Source: Trichoplax sp. H2
Lineage: Eukaryota
Length of the DNA: 64,000 nucleotides
Direction of reading: 5' to 3'
NCBI GenBank assembly: GCA_003344405.1
Contig: NOWV01000025.1
Span: 62,001-126,000 of the forward strand
Shown: positions 13,054 through 26,379 of the stretch, in pieces
Layout of the letters: each line of letters begins with the position of its first letter
Position numbering within the stretch: position 1 is the first letter of the stretch
Program-made: the position numbers and the translations under genes
The notes under the pieces: generated by a model
The model's input: the letters and a program-made list of their open reading frames with translations, nothing else
What the model was told of the DNA's origin: nothing
Database searches by the model: none

Positions 13054-16000
13054 ATGGCAAGGATAGGATGTTATCTATTAATTGGTTGTCTATGTCTGCT
13101 ATTAATTGATCTTAGCTATAGTCAAGCGGAAAAGAGATCGATTCGAGTCGGAACATTTCTTCCTATGACAGGCCCTTTGGCTGTCGGATTAATTGTGGTG
13201 CCTGCTTTAAATATGGCCTTAAAAGATATTAATGGTAATAATTCCATACTACCAGGATATATATTGGAATCAAAGTATCAAAATACTGAAGTTAGTATTA
13301 ATCGGCTTTATTCACATATTTAGAAGATGATTTTAAATTTTTCATATATTATTAAGCTACATCTCCTGAGATACCTTGAGAAAAAATTAACCGCACAATA
13401 TCTTTTTCATAAGATTGAATACAGTAGCGCTATTTCATTATTGTCATCAAGGAATAAGCTTGCAAGGGAATTATTTCAAATATTTAATGGAAAGGACATA
13501 CTATACTGTCTTGTAAAGTAACTCCATAACACAGTGCATTAAATAGCTCATGTCCACACAAAAATGAAAACCATCAATATTCTGTTATAGTTTACCGCCA
13601 AGTACGGTACTATATTTACGCTTACTTTTCAATCCGTTGTAACTGCAGCACTCACCTATTTAATATAATCGTGAAATATAGTGCGATCCGGGTATAGGAA
13701 CCAAAATATTGTACGATTTTTTGTACGCTAAAAATAAAACCACCATCATCTTTGGACCTGGATGCTCACCGGTCGCACGGCCTGTTGCTGAAACTGCTAA
13801 ATTGTACAACCTAGCTCAGGTTAGCAATGGTATTGGATGCTTTCAACTTTTAGTCATTCGAACTCATCGATAATCACTATAACATGAATATTAGAATTGG
13901 GTACCACTACATTAACTTCAAGATCTACGCGTAATTTAGCATAAAATCTTTCTTTTCTGTAATAAAAATTGATTTAGGTTTCCTACGCTGCTTCATCGCC
14001 CGCACTATCAGATCGCAATAAGTACTCATCATTTTATCGTCTGTATCCCAGTGAGTCATCCTTCAATGCACCAAGATTGGCCCTCGTTAAATATTTTGAA
14101 TGGAAGACAGTAGCTACTATTCATCAAACCGCCGATGTTTTCTCCTTATCCATGAAAGAAATGATTGAATCTTTTCAATCCAATAATATTACTGTACTTG
14201 CTAGCGAACAAATATCTGATGATCAAGATCCAGCTGTTTCCATACAGTATATAAAGGCAAATTAAACAAAATTTGATAAGGTTGCAATAATTAATGCGTT
14301 AATTAATCGATATGTCATGCGTTATGTGATTTTTTTCAAAGAATAAAGACGCGCGAATAATCCTCCTTAGCTCTTATGAAGATCTAGCTCGAAAAATCGT
14401 TTGTTCAGTATGTCTTTTAGAGTAGTTTACCACGTAATAACCTTTTTCAAAGCCTTAGCTTAAAATTAGACGAACTAAATCTACCGCTAATTCGACCGGA
14501 TTACATTTATAAGTACAACAATTTACCAGTATAAATAGACATGTTTCACTGGCTCTAGGCTACCAGAAATGGACTCATGACGTTAAAACATGTCTGGTTT
14601 TTCATGGGTTGGTATAGCGATAATTGGTGGAGCGTTGCAGATCCTAATGTCGAATGTAGCCCACAAGAAATGATGGATGCTATGGGGAATATTACCGCAT
14701 TTTCTGTTAGCTATCTAGCTAACATTAGTGATACTAGGATGACCAGCACAGGAATGGTAAGTTATGACATTTGATGAGTACTTTCATGTGTTTTAGAAAT
14801 TAATATTACATGTAGCAGGTCAATTATGACGTATTAATGCATCTTTAAAATAGTTAATAATAATAAATGATCCTTTTCAAGCAGAAATTACTAAATCTGA
14901 TTGCTAGACTTTCGTACATGATCACAATTTATAAATTAAGATTATCAAGTGTATAAGTCTATACTACCAGATGAAAGTTTCCATCTTAAATTAATTAAAA
15001 GAATGTCGGACTTTTGATATGAGATTCTTGACAGTACATGTACAAATTTAAACCAGCTATATCAAAAGAGGTGAAAGTCCAATTACTTAAATTAGGAAAA
15101 TATCAGCTCATCATTTGATATTAAATGTATCAATATACATCCAATCACCTTTTATTCCAAATTTTAGTTTTCATCAATTATAACTGAATATTTTTTTCAG
15201 TCTGCTTCAACATTTCAAAGTATTTATGACAAGGAAGCGTACAAGTTATATAACCGTTCTGGTTGGAACACAGCTGGCTTTGCATGGGATGCTTTTTGGA
15301 CGATTGCTTTCGCTTTAGATGGAGCAGAAAAGCAGTTATCTAGACAGTCGCCTCCCGCTCATCTTTACCAATTTGATTATAATAACACACTAATAGGAGA
15401 TACTATCCACGATAATCTCAAGGCAACCAATTTCTTAGGAGTTACGGTTAGTCTGTCTCGATTTGACTCATTTTTGGTTATCAAGTATCAGTTATAAAGC
15501 TTACTATCATTTTAATTTTAGCATGATATATTTTCAATGTAGTAGTGTACAAGGAAATTAGAGTAATTAGAGCAATTTCTACAAATCTGTATGTATCCAT
15601 TACTTGTAACGTTATTTCTATGCTTTCGTCTACACACGCGATTATTTTCCAGAAGGAAAACTAAATACAGTTTGAGTAGTCTATATAAGATCTTTCTATA
15701 CTCTTTATCCTATGATGTTGTTTCTATACTTTCCTCAACAGGCGAGTTTAGTTGTTCCTTTAAAAATCTGTGCAGTTAGAATCATCATGTAACGTTACCT
15801 CTGTACTTTCATCTACAGGCGAGGCTAGTTTTCAAAAAGAAAAAAATGAATGCAGTTAGAGTAATCTGCAGTATAAATCTCTACATATACTTTACCATAC
15901 AATATTACTTGTATACTTTTGCCTATAGGCGAGTTGTAGTTTTTACAAAGAAACTAGTAAATTTAGAGTAATTTATAAATCTCTGTGTATCCTTTCCAAA

Positions 16001-19000
16001 CTCAACATAGCTTTGCCTACAGCAGAGTCTAATTCCAGAAAGAGACTAGTGCAGTTAAAGTAGTCTATACACATCTTGTATATATTCTCTGCAATTATTT
16101 CGGAAAGAAATTAGTGATATTAAAGTAATCCACGCATCTTATATATCCTCTACAGCTAATTCTAGGAAGAAAGTTTTGCAGTTAGATTAACTTATGCATC
16201 CTATATATATTCCATCATCTAACCTTGCTTCTATACTGTCGTCTAGGGAAAAGTTCAATTTTCAGAAAAAGGTGAACGAATTATGACCAGTACCATTCAG
16301 CAATATCAAGGTACCAAATGATATACTGTACACATTTCGATTCAAATTTTATAAGAATGCTCCATTGCTGATGATATCGACACTTATGCTTTACAATATA
16401 ATTATAATAACCATTCTATTAGATGGCCGATTTGTACTGATCGCTATGTACGAACCAACTGATAATCGCTTGCAAAGAATACCCGATAGTAGAATTACAT
16501 GGCCGAATAACGGTATTGCAAATTGAATGATTGAACTAAACTTGCGCGGGTTGTAGATAGAAAACAGTTATAAACTACCTATCCTGTATAGTAGTTGGCT
16601 TTTAATTCATGAGTAGATGCGTATTTATTCTTGATAATAACCTTTTGGATAACTGCCTAACTCGGTGTATAGAATTTAGAAAATTAACGTACTAAATTGA
16701 TGTTGTTGCTTTTAATTACTGTATAATTGGGTAATACAAAAATTGGCTATGCATCTCAGGTTCAAAACCTGTCGATTCTGTCTATATTCAAATCCAAGAC
16801 AAGGAAGTTAGTCAGCCACTCTTCTTTTCAGTGGTACTAATTTTGATTGCATGTGTGGCAATGGCCATCTTTTTCCTAAATATCAACATTCGATATCGTC
16901 ATGTAAGGTAAGTTGTATATTTCAACTATAATATTTCATTCGGTTATCAAGTTCAAGTTTAAGTTGAGTACAAGAAAAGGCTAAAAGAAGTGTGTAATTA
17001 AAATTAAGGCTAAGAAAACATTATGGTTAAATTACTGCTATAATTGACCCGTCAAATACCTTAGACTTGAAGAAAGAATTTATATCATGGTGTTTTGTCT
17101 AATTTTTAAACTTTTACTTGTAGTCCGCATAGGGTAACTTTACTTTTCTCATATAACCAGAAATCTTTTCACTTCATCGTAACATTCCATGTCGTCTTCT
17201 ATTTCCATGATTATCCTGGAAAATATTATTTATCATTTCAATGTCCTTGACCATTATAGATTCATTAAAATGTCCAGCCCCAACATGAATAATTTGATTA
17301 TCCTCGGTTCCGTAACAACTTATATAGGTGTTTTAATATTTGGTATGGATTTTGTACCTTTGAAGGAGTATCAGTCCCTATGTAAAGTAAGTATTTATAC
17401 TTTGTGTACTGCATATATCCATTTACAGTTATTTCTTCTTTAGTAGAGTTGATGCACATATTACTATGTATTGAAATGAATTAACACATATGTGGATGAT
17501 CTCTCTTCTTTGTCACTCTATTGCAAGAGAATTGGATAAATGTTGATGAACGATTTTCATTTCTACCCTAGGCACGTATTTGGCTCATCAGTCTTGGCTT
17601 TTCATTTGCTTTCGGTGCTATGTTTTTCAAAACATGGCGAGTTCATAAAATATTTGCTAACTTGACAGCGAAGAAAGTAGTAAGTTTATCATCTTGTAAT
17701 CGCTTATGGCTACAATACCGTAGCCAGTAATCATACCTTGTCTTCATTTACGTATATTTTACTCTTCGAAAATACCGCTCACAACTAACAAGGACATCAA
17801 TCTATTCCATAATAGGCCATTCGTGATAGCCAATTATTACTACGTGTTGGTGTCCTAATTGTTATAGATGTCACCGTTCTTCTTGTATGGGAACTGATCG
17901 ATCCTCTACAAAGTGGTTATGAATTCCTACCACCTTATGTGAGTAGATTTCTCCAAACACGTAGTAAAACTTGCAATCATAGAAATCAACAATTCATTTT
18001 GCCATCTTACTATAAAACTAATAACATAGTCCAAATGAAATGAAATGATGATTATGAATAGAGCAACGTTAGTTACAGTATAATCAGTAGAGGAAAAAAA
18101 GAGACTGTAATCGTAGAACTGATTATCTACCCGAAGGGAATTGCAATCGATAATTTTTTTTATGAACAGCCTTTGCCAGGTAACTCTGACGTTCTTATAC
18201 GCGAAAGGCTAAAAACCTGCAGATGCCAGCGAGAAGTAATCTGGATTGCGATTATCGTCAGTTATAAGGGTTTATTGCTACTGTTTGGGCTTTTTCTGGC
18301 ATGGGAGACTAGAAAAGTTGCTATTAATGCTCTAAACGATTCCAAAAATATTGGCTTATGCGTTTACGCCGTCGCTGCTACCTGTGCAGTGATAACACCA
18401 ATAGTCTTGACTACTGGCCATTTACCAAATGTACAATATGCATTCTTCGCTTTGGCTATTATTTTTTGCGCCACCATAAATTTACTTGAATAAATAGAGA
18501 CATATTAAGATAATATACTTGGCTATATGCTACAAGTATATGAAAGGTATACCGGTATACTGTAGGTTATAAATTATTGTCAGTCGATATATCTTTGATA
18601 GTTTAGTCTTCAATGATAATGTTGACATTTTGTGCTCGCGTTGGATTGGTAATTTGAACGCTATTTCTTAATAATTCAGTCAAGTAAATAAATCATGGAA
18701 CCCTTTAGATACGATGAACAGTATAGTAGTTGTTATTCTGATAGATGATTAGGATTAAAGAAGAGCACCAGTTAATATACTTCATTCGATAGAACTTCGC
18801 CGATTACATTAACATACACGTGATAACAACAAATTATGCGTATTTATTTTACATGGAGAAGCCAGCTCATTTATAATTACAGTATAACTCGTTTAACTTT
18901 CTCAGATCTGGTCTTGAGATAAATTTAACATGCTGTTGTGAAATTGCGTATCATTTATGCTAGAAATTGATATGCAGTATATGTAATTTGATTTTCAATA

Positions 19001-19991
19001 ACTTGAATTACTGTTACACATAAACTGGCAATTGAGGAAATGTTAAATAGTAGCGACGAATGGACAATTTACCTTAATCTAAAAAGCTGTTAGTCTGTTG
19101 CAAGCTAGCTATTCGTGTACTGATTGAATATCTCTACTTGGATGTTCAATCAGAAATAGCTAAAATCAAATTGATAACTTAACTTAATGGGAGAAGTTAC
19201 TAGCGTATTGCAGGTTGGCTACTGATTTGATATCTTCTACTTAGATATTTAATCAGAAATGATATAAGTGTTGCTTTGATGGTGAGAAAGTTACAACTGT
19301 CATTGATTATCTTAGATGGCATGATAGCCTATACGTTAAATACTTATTTGAATACATACAGTATCGTTGCAATGGCCCTTCCGTGATATATAAAGATTAA
19401 AATTATCTCCATGTTTGGTGCTTGCATAAAAGCGCATCATTTCGAGTAGATTATATTACGGGTACTTTCTCTATTTTTCGATTTGCGCGGTTGACTAATG
19501 GATTCATTGAGTATTTTGACCATTTTCTCTGCTAAACATGAAATAGCTACAAAGTTATTCACTTTCATTATTAATAGGTAACAAGGTTGTCTAAGAGTAA
19601 AAAACGTGGTGGTGCTAGTCTCAGAAATAGTATGAAACGATCGCTATCGATGCATAGCCAGAAGGATGGCGGCGTTTCCGTCTCGCAGGGTTCTAACGTT
19701 GTTGACGTTAACATCGAAAATGCGAAACTAAAAAAGTTATTTATCGAGGTATGTACTACATTCTATGTGCATAATTGATATAATCTTAGCAACTTTCTGT
19801 TTCCTAGAAAGCAGTAAAATAAAATAATCATTTACTTTATTAATCCGGCTACTCTCTTGGTAAGCGGGAATGATGGCAATGCTACTATCTTAACAAAATT
19901 AATGTAATTACAGAAAGAAAATCAAATTATGTTCATGCAACGAGAATTGCAGTTGTACCAGGAAGATGAACAAAAGAAGAGTCAAGATTGA
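13054..19991 (+). CDS. GABA-B receptor-like class C GPCR (signal peptide, Venus flytrap, 7TM, C-terminal coiled coil); TM7 apparently interrupted at 18493
   Basis: Exons encode MARIGCYLL.. (signal peptide), CDPGIG..GPGCSPVA, SYAASSPALSDRNKYSSFYR, DARII, HVWFFMGWYSDNWW, FAWDAFW, TNFLGVT, FIKMSSPNMNNLIILGS, FGAMFFKTWRVH and YKGLLLLFGLFLAWETRKV..LNDSK. The tail IENAKLKKLFIEKENQIMFMQRELQ (exons 19578-19748 and 19914-19991) looks like a coiled coil. Confidence 0.92.
15540..16210. repeat. Degenerate short tandem repeats in a GABA-B-like gene intron
   Basis: Repeated '..ctacaggcgag..ttttcaaaaga..gcagttagagtaat..' units. Confidence 0.5.
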
Positions 19992-20770
19992 AAATGTTGA
20001 GCAGACTGCTACTACTAGCAATACTTAAAAGTAATTAATTATTCACACTAACAGAGTTGAACTTCAATTTTATGCATCTCCTTAACCAACAATCATTACT
20101 ACATCACTTGCAAAATGACTGCTTGCATGAATAGTGTAATTTGATACATTCCCATCAAGTGATGTTTTAGCTATGTTGCATTAGCTTAAACGTAGGCTAA
20201 ACATGATTCGGTGCTATAGTAGATGAATGGCGTAGATTTAGCATTATTGTAAGTTACAGGGGGGCTACTGTGCATTATGGACGTAATATAACGCCAGATA
20301 AGTAGAAATTTTTGTTCGGTTACTCGCAATAATTGAATTCATTGATTACATCCACCACAGTAAAATTCTTTTTATTTTCTCTGCAATTATGGAAGTTTAT
20401 CACAAATTTTTGACAATAAAGGAGTATTATTTCTTGATATTATATCTCGATCAACTAATACTCTATACATACAGTTGTTTCCAAATTAAAATGTATCACT
20501 AGTTGAACGAATTACAAGGATAATAATATAATTATGGTTGACCATCTATGCAAATTGTGAAGAATAAAAGCAACGAAATTTATCCATTGTCTAATTTTCA
20601 TTGACTTTCCTAAATATATCAATACTTCCCATTTCTGAGCAGTATAAGGTGCTCTACAATGTTGCATAACGTTGCAACTATTTGTCAGATAACGCAATAG
20701 TTCTACCGAGACATGATTGTTCCTAGGGTAATACCAACCTAAGTCTAGTTTAGTTAACTTACCATCAAGA

Positions 20771-23700
20771 TCAATTCTCAGGAGATAAAGAGCGCGATCT
20801 TGATGCAGACTGTATCGGAGATCGAGATGCCGATCTGCGTGGACTATAACGTGATCCTCCCTTTCTTGGACTGGGAGAACGCCTGGGAGAATAAGATCTT
20901 CGTGGGCTACGAGAACGAGAGTGTCTGCGTGGACTGCGTGAGCGAGAATTGCTATAACGCTGACGGGAGCGTGATCTGATTAACAAAATCGGTAAGATAC
21001 TCGTTATTGCATGTCTACAATCATACTGAAGATAAACAGTGTACAATTTACCGGTGACGAGGAGACGCTGATCTTCTTCGTGGTGAGCGCGAGCGCGAGC
21101 GTGAGCGTGATCGTCGACGATCCTTAAATGATTAAACAACATATTTAGCAATGAATTCAATTTTACATCACACTATACTGAATACGCATGTTACCAGCCC
21201 AATCAAAAATGGTCATATCATAATCATAGCATAATTTATGCGATGTATACAACCAGTTTGAAGTATGGTACGATTAGATTGTCGGAAGTAATCCAGTATA
21301 ACGATTGGTTTATACCAATACATGATACCGTGTAAACGTTTTATCTACAGAAAATGATGCCACTAGGACCAACTACAACGGCAAGCAAAGTGTTAACCAA
21401 AACAAGACAGATACAGCAGGTATGCAAGTCAGTAACTAGTCATGGTACGTGTTAAAGCTTATTAAGCGAGCCCACCAAAATAACCAAATTTCGTATCTAG
21501 TATTGGCCATCTATTTTAGTTTTACAAGATAACGAACGCATTAGCCACTCAACACCATACCAATCAACTAGCAACTAGAAGTGCTACTTAATGGAAGTGT
21601 GATATCAACTCGGAACCAAATGTCTCTTTGACTACATTGCTACGCTAATGAGCAATCCTGCGATGGCGAGATATGCAATAGGGGTCCCCAATACTGCTGA
21701 ACGATAAGTAATACCACCACCAAGCATGCATTTTTTACGATATGATCGTGGAGGACATGTCGTTCATGGCCACCAACGTGGTTGTATGAGTTTGACTGTC
21801 AACTCTGTATTCTATACGATCACAAAAATACGTTAAGGTAATTTTTACATCTAGTAAAAACGGAAGTTGGAATTTTCTTACATAGTCTATTACAAAGCAG
21901 ACCGTTTTAATAGCGCCAAAAATATAGCACGATATTGCAAAGGCAGCGTCTTAGTAATCTAAGTAGATGTACTGTGCAGTTCAAGAAATCGCTCACTGAT
22001 GCATCATCATCTAGCCATGACACGATAATCAGTTCAAAAAAATTGGACTATGGCAGTTGCCCAACTTTCACAAATTGGCAAGATTTAAAAGAAGCTTGCT
22101 CAATCAACACTGCCATATCTTTGTTAAGCAATACATGTCATGACAATTTTATCACGCCAATAAATTCGTCACCACCAAATAACTGCAAACGTGAAAATCA
22201 GTCGATTAGTATCTTACATTATATACTCCAAAAGTCAGTTATATTTATATTTACAAACTGCTACACTAGGTACTGAAGTTTTACTAAAAAAAATAGGCTT
22301 ATCCAGTTTGATCTTTCTCCCAATTGATTTTAAATGGATTTATCTTGGGTAAGAATCACCATATTGGCGGGTATTAATTGTCATTATTTTTGTACATCCA
22401 GTGTTAGTCAATTGGTTGCCATCTCAATGTGAAGGTATTTTTTTCTGGTCAATTACCAGCAATGTTTTCATGCACCAATTCAAGATCAGACATTCACCCA
22501 AATTTTGTTCAATGGCCATTCAATCAATTGTAGACTACTGCATCCAGTGGTTAATTATCATCAGTCAGTCCATTTGGCCATCAAGGATGAAGTTATGGCG
22601 ACGCGTTATTCAAGGAATTGATATAACATGATCGATATGTACTACTCTATTACAAGACTAGCTTTTGGCGACGATGTGCAATGTTAACCATGGCAACAAT
22701 ACCCAGGGCGATTGGTTTGGTCGCTATTTCAAGTTATCAATGTTGATGGAAAAGGAGAATTCTTTTCTGTAATCTTGTACAGGATTGTATGAGTATTGTA
22801 TAACGGAGATACGACGACAACAACTTGAATAGCGAAGGAGAATAATCCTACCGTACAGATACTACTGTAGAATGGATAACAGAAATACGCACTGCATTTT
22901 GGAGTATAGTAATTGTTGGGGTCATCAACACTTTTTTTGAACATTGTGACTTCTATCGACTGTCTACAAACTAGCAAGAATGCCACTGGAGTAATGAACT
23001 ACCAAAATGCTTCATCATTGCTCTAACAGTAGAAAATACTGCAAACTAAGTGTATCTCGCCAATCGAGTGACCCAAAATGATGTTCAAAAGTATTCATCA
23101 CAGTAACGCGCATAAAGTAGGCATTCATTGCCCAAATTAAAATGTCATGGTGATTGATTATATAGAACATGTCTACAAGAAGGATAATGAAAAGCATTGA
23201 AATGATGTATTTTTTGAGGGCACCATTACTATGATTAAGTTAATGGTCCGTATCACCGTTCTACCTCTGTCAATCGAACTTTTCTGCCGCATAATTCGGT
23301 ACCATCCAGGCGTTTTAAGGCATCTTTCATGTCGTCATACGTTGCGAAATCGACTACTCCTCGTCCTTCACCTAATTGTTTGTGAGCATCAGCAAAAGTT
23401 ACGTCGCCAGCTTGACGCATGTAATCTTTAATATCGCGCCAGGTAGCTCGGCTTGATAAATTGTTGATGACTAAACGCCATTCAGTATTACGAGGACGGC
23501 CAAAACGAGGTCTAAAGAGCAAATAAGAAGGTGTTATCAAAGGATATGCTATCCATAGTCATTGAAGAAGGCAACTTATTGAGCTAGATTCTTCATTGCT
23601 AATTGTACAAGTAATTTGTATCCTTGATCAGTTGTAAGGCGATTAACACTAGCATTGTACGGGCCACTTTTCTTGCACTGTGCAAACTGTTTTCATCGCT

Positions 23701-24717
23701 TTCCTTTGATGAAATAGAAAGGCAAATTCAATACGAGCACTTGTGCTATGTCTTTTCACTATTTTGGACTGGTGAAAAATGCCTTTTTTTCATATTGACG
23801 TAGACTGTATTGGATTTTGCTTTAACCTAGGGCATTCCTGACTAATGATAAAGAGGTTTTGAAGGATTTGGATACTTTCTTACTGACTGTACTGTATTAT
23901 AATCGATTGATTCCAACTAGGACTCTTTCTTGATCGAGACGGTTTTCCGACATGGATGTAGCACTTGGATACTGGATTTATCGTACTTTACATACAGAGG
24001 CAATGATGAAAATAACTATCGTCGTTCGGTGATGACTATCTGACTGGTAGGCAATCGTTGAATACGTGATAGTAGTGTAAAATACAATGATTATTAATAA
24101 AGTATGGATGGAAAAGGGGGGAAAATTGGATGGAATTTCTCAATAGAAATGCTTGGATGACCGAGCTTTGAACAACTCGAGCCTTTCCATGGTCGATGAT
24201 TGAAAGTAGTAAGCAAGTGTTTGTGGCTAAACTCGTTTGAAATGGGTATGATTTGTAGTGGATTCTGTTGCTATCCTATTCTATCTATCCAGTTTGTTGA
24301 AGAATGTTGTAAGAGAGAGGGAGGGAGGAAAAAAAAAACCCAAGACAAAGACTACAGGATGAAAGCGTTGCTACAACTATGGTAGTACCTTCCACCTCCA
24401 TTGCCACCACTACTTCCACCGCCACCGCCGCCACCGGAGCGACGATTGCCGGAGCTACTTCCTCCACCTCCTCCACCTCCTCGGCGGTCATCATAGCGAG
24501 TTCCTTTAGCAAATTCCACGATAACTCTTTCACCCATTAGATCACGATTATTGAGTTCATAAATAGCATCTTCAGCATCGCGAGGATCATCAAATTCGAC
24601 GAAACCGAAACCATTTTTCAATGTTACTTCGCGTATTTTACCAAATCCTCGAAAGAAATGCTCAACATCGCGTTCACGAGCACGATAACTCAATCGACCA
24701 ACATAGACACGAGTCAT
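20771..24717 (-). CDS. Serine/arginine-rich splicing factor of the SRSF4/5/6 (B52/SRp55) group; exons 24717-24389, 23511-23265, 21122-21052, 20975-20771
   Basis: RRM1 MTRVYVGRLSYRARERDVEHFFRGFG..LKNGFGFVEFDDPRDAEDA, a Gly linker, pseudo-RRM RLVINNLSSRATWRDIKDYMRQAG (SWQDLKD-like), and an RS domain. Splice phases are consistent. Confidence 0.95.
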
Positions 24718-24814
24718 AATTGCTCCGTTTGGATTAATTTGCAGTCGATAAACCCAAAGGATGGCTTGGATAGCAGGATGATAGCCAAAATAAGTCGACT
24801 AGCAGCAAGAAAAA

Positions 24815-24860
24815 GTTGGAAAATGGCAGACTAGCGTTGGCCACTTGTGACGTCAACAAC
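24815..24860. promoter_or_regulatory. Likely proximal promoter of the SR gene: palindromic CRE TGACGTCA (24848-24855) and YY1-like AAAATGGC
   Basis: Motifs lie ~100-140 bp upstream of the start codon. Motif match only. Confidence 0.4.
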
Positions 24861-25292
24861 AAGCATTTGGCCGCTCAACTTGGGCTACCATGCTTTTCTA
24901 TAGGTTGCTTGGTATTGTTTGGGTATGACTAGACGCGAAAAGCAAGAGCTGGCTGTTTCTTAACAACCCGCTCCACCTGCTCTCTACTCCCCCATACGCT
25001 ACGTAGCGTTCATACAAAACAATACAGTGGACGACATGGATTGCTTCCATACTCAACAGTACAAGCCAATTTGTGCTGTCGAGGTCAAAGATCATGTGAT
25101 CAACAATGACTCGACTGGACCGTACCGTGCCGTGCCGTACCGCACCGGGACTGCCACAGGACAGTACAGTATTGTACTGTACTACAGTCTGCAAGGATCT
25201 CTACTGTACTGTGTACTGTACTACGTAGACGATCCACGGTACCGTACCGTATCGGAACTAGGCTAAACGGAACCAATCGGTACGATAGGTGG

Positions 25293-26280
25293 TGCAGCTA
25301 TGCTTCAACAACTTTTCACCGGCTGGCGGGTTCAAAGAAAATTTGTGCCTACTTCAACTTTATTCATTAATTAATATGATAGTTTGAGCCAAGTATTCTT
25401 ACTTTCCTTTTATGTTATAAACTTGCTAATCTCTCCAGCAAGCAGGAAAAACATTGGATTATCCAACTACGGTGCAATTGTACTACAGTAACGATAGTTG
25501 CAGCTATGCTTCAACAACTTTTCAGAAACTGGCGCGTTCAAAGAAAACTTGTGCCTACTTCAACTTTATTCATTAATTAATATGATAGTTTGAGCCAAGT
25601 ATTCTTACTTTCCTTTTATGTTATAAACTTGCTAGTCTCTCCAGCAAGCAGGAAAAACATTGACTTTGTCCTGGGAGTACAGTCGAGTAGCTTTAGTGCA
25701 TTGGATTATCCAACTACGGTGCAATTGTACTACAGTAACGATAGTTGCAGCTATGCTTCAACAACTTTTCAGAAACTGGCGGGTTCAAAGAAAACTTGTG
25801 CCTACTTTAACATTCATTAATCAATATGATAGTTTGAGCCAAGTATTCTTACTTTCCTTTTATGTTATAAACTTGCTAGTCTCTCCAGCAAGCAGGAAAA
25901 ACATTGACTTTGTCCTGGGAGTACAGTCGAGTAGCTTTAGTGCATTGGATTATCCAACTACCGTGCAATTGTACTACAGTAACGATAGTGCAGACTTGCA
26001 GCTATGCTTCAGCAACTTTTCATAAACTGGTGCCGCGTTCAAAGAAAACTTATCACTCCTTCAACTTCATTAATCAATACGATAGTTTGAGCCAAGTATT
26101 CTTACTTCCCTTTTTTGTTATAAACTTACTAGTCTCTCCAGCAAGCAGGAAAAACATTGACTTTGTCTTGGGAGTAGAGTCTTGACATGCACTACAGTAC
26201 AGTATAGTCGACTGTAGTCGAGTAGCTTTAGTGCATTGGATTGTCCCAACTACGGTGCAATTGTGAACATACTACAGTAA
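25293..26280. repeat. Tandem repeat, ~250-bp unit, ~4 copies
   Basis: gcagctatgcttca..aaacttgtgcctac..gagccaagtattcttactttcc..ccagcaagcaggaaaaacattg recurs at ~25293, 25500, 25748 and 25998. Confidence 0.95.
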
Positions 26281-26379
26281 CGCCATGGGTGATCAATGAG
26301 CAATATCATGGTTCAGAGTTGCTGCTGGCCAGTACTGTATATGCAGTCAAAATGAAGCAAAATCCTGCATTGAATTCAT

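Noticed and set aside
21123..23264. Intronic C/D snoRNAs in the long SR intron
   Set aside because: C-box-like ATGATGA occurs, but without a suitably spaced D box and terminal stem.
25590..26185. ORFs with repeated peptides (MSQVFLLSFY..., MTLSWEYSRV...)
   Set aside because: They are by-products of the 250-bp DNA repeat, with frames shifting between copies and non-ATG starts.
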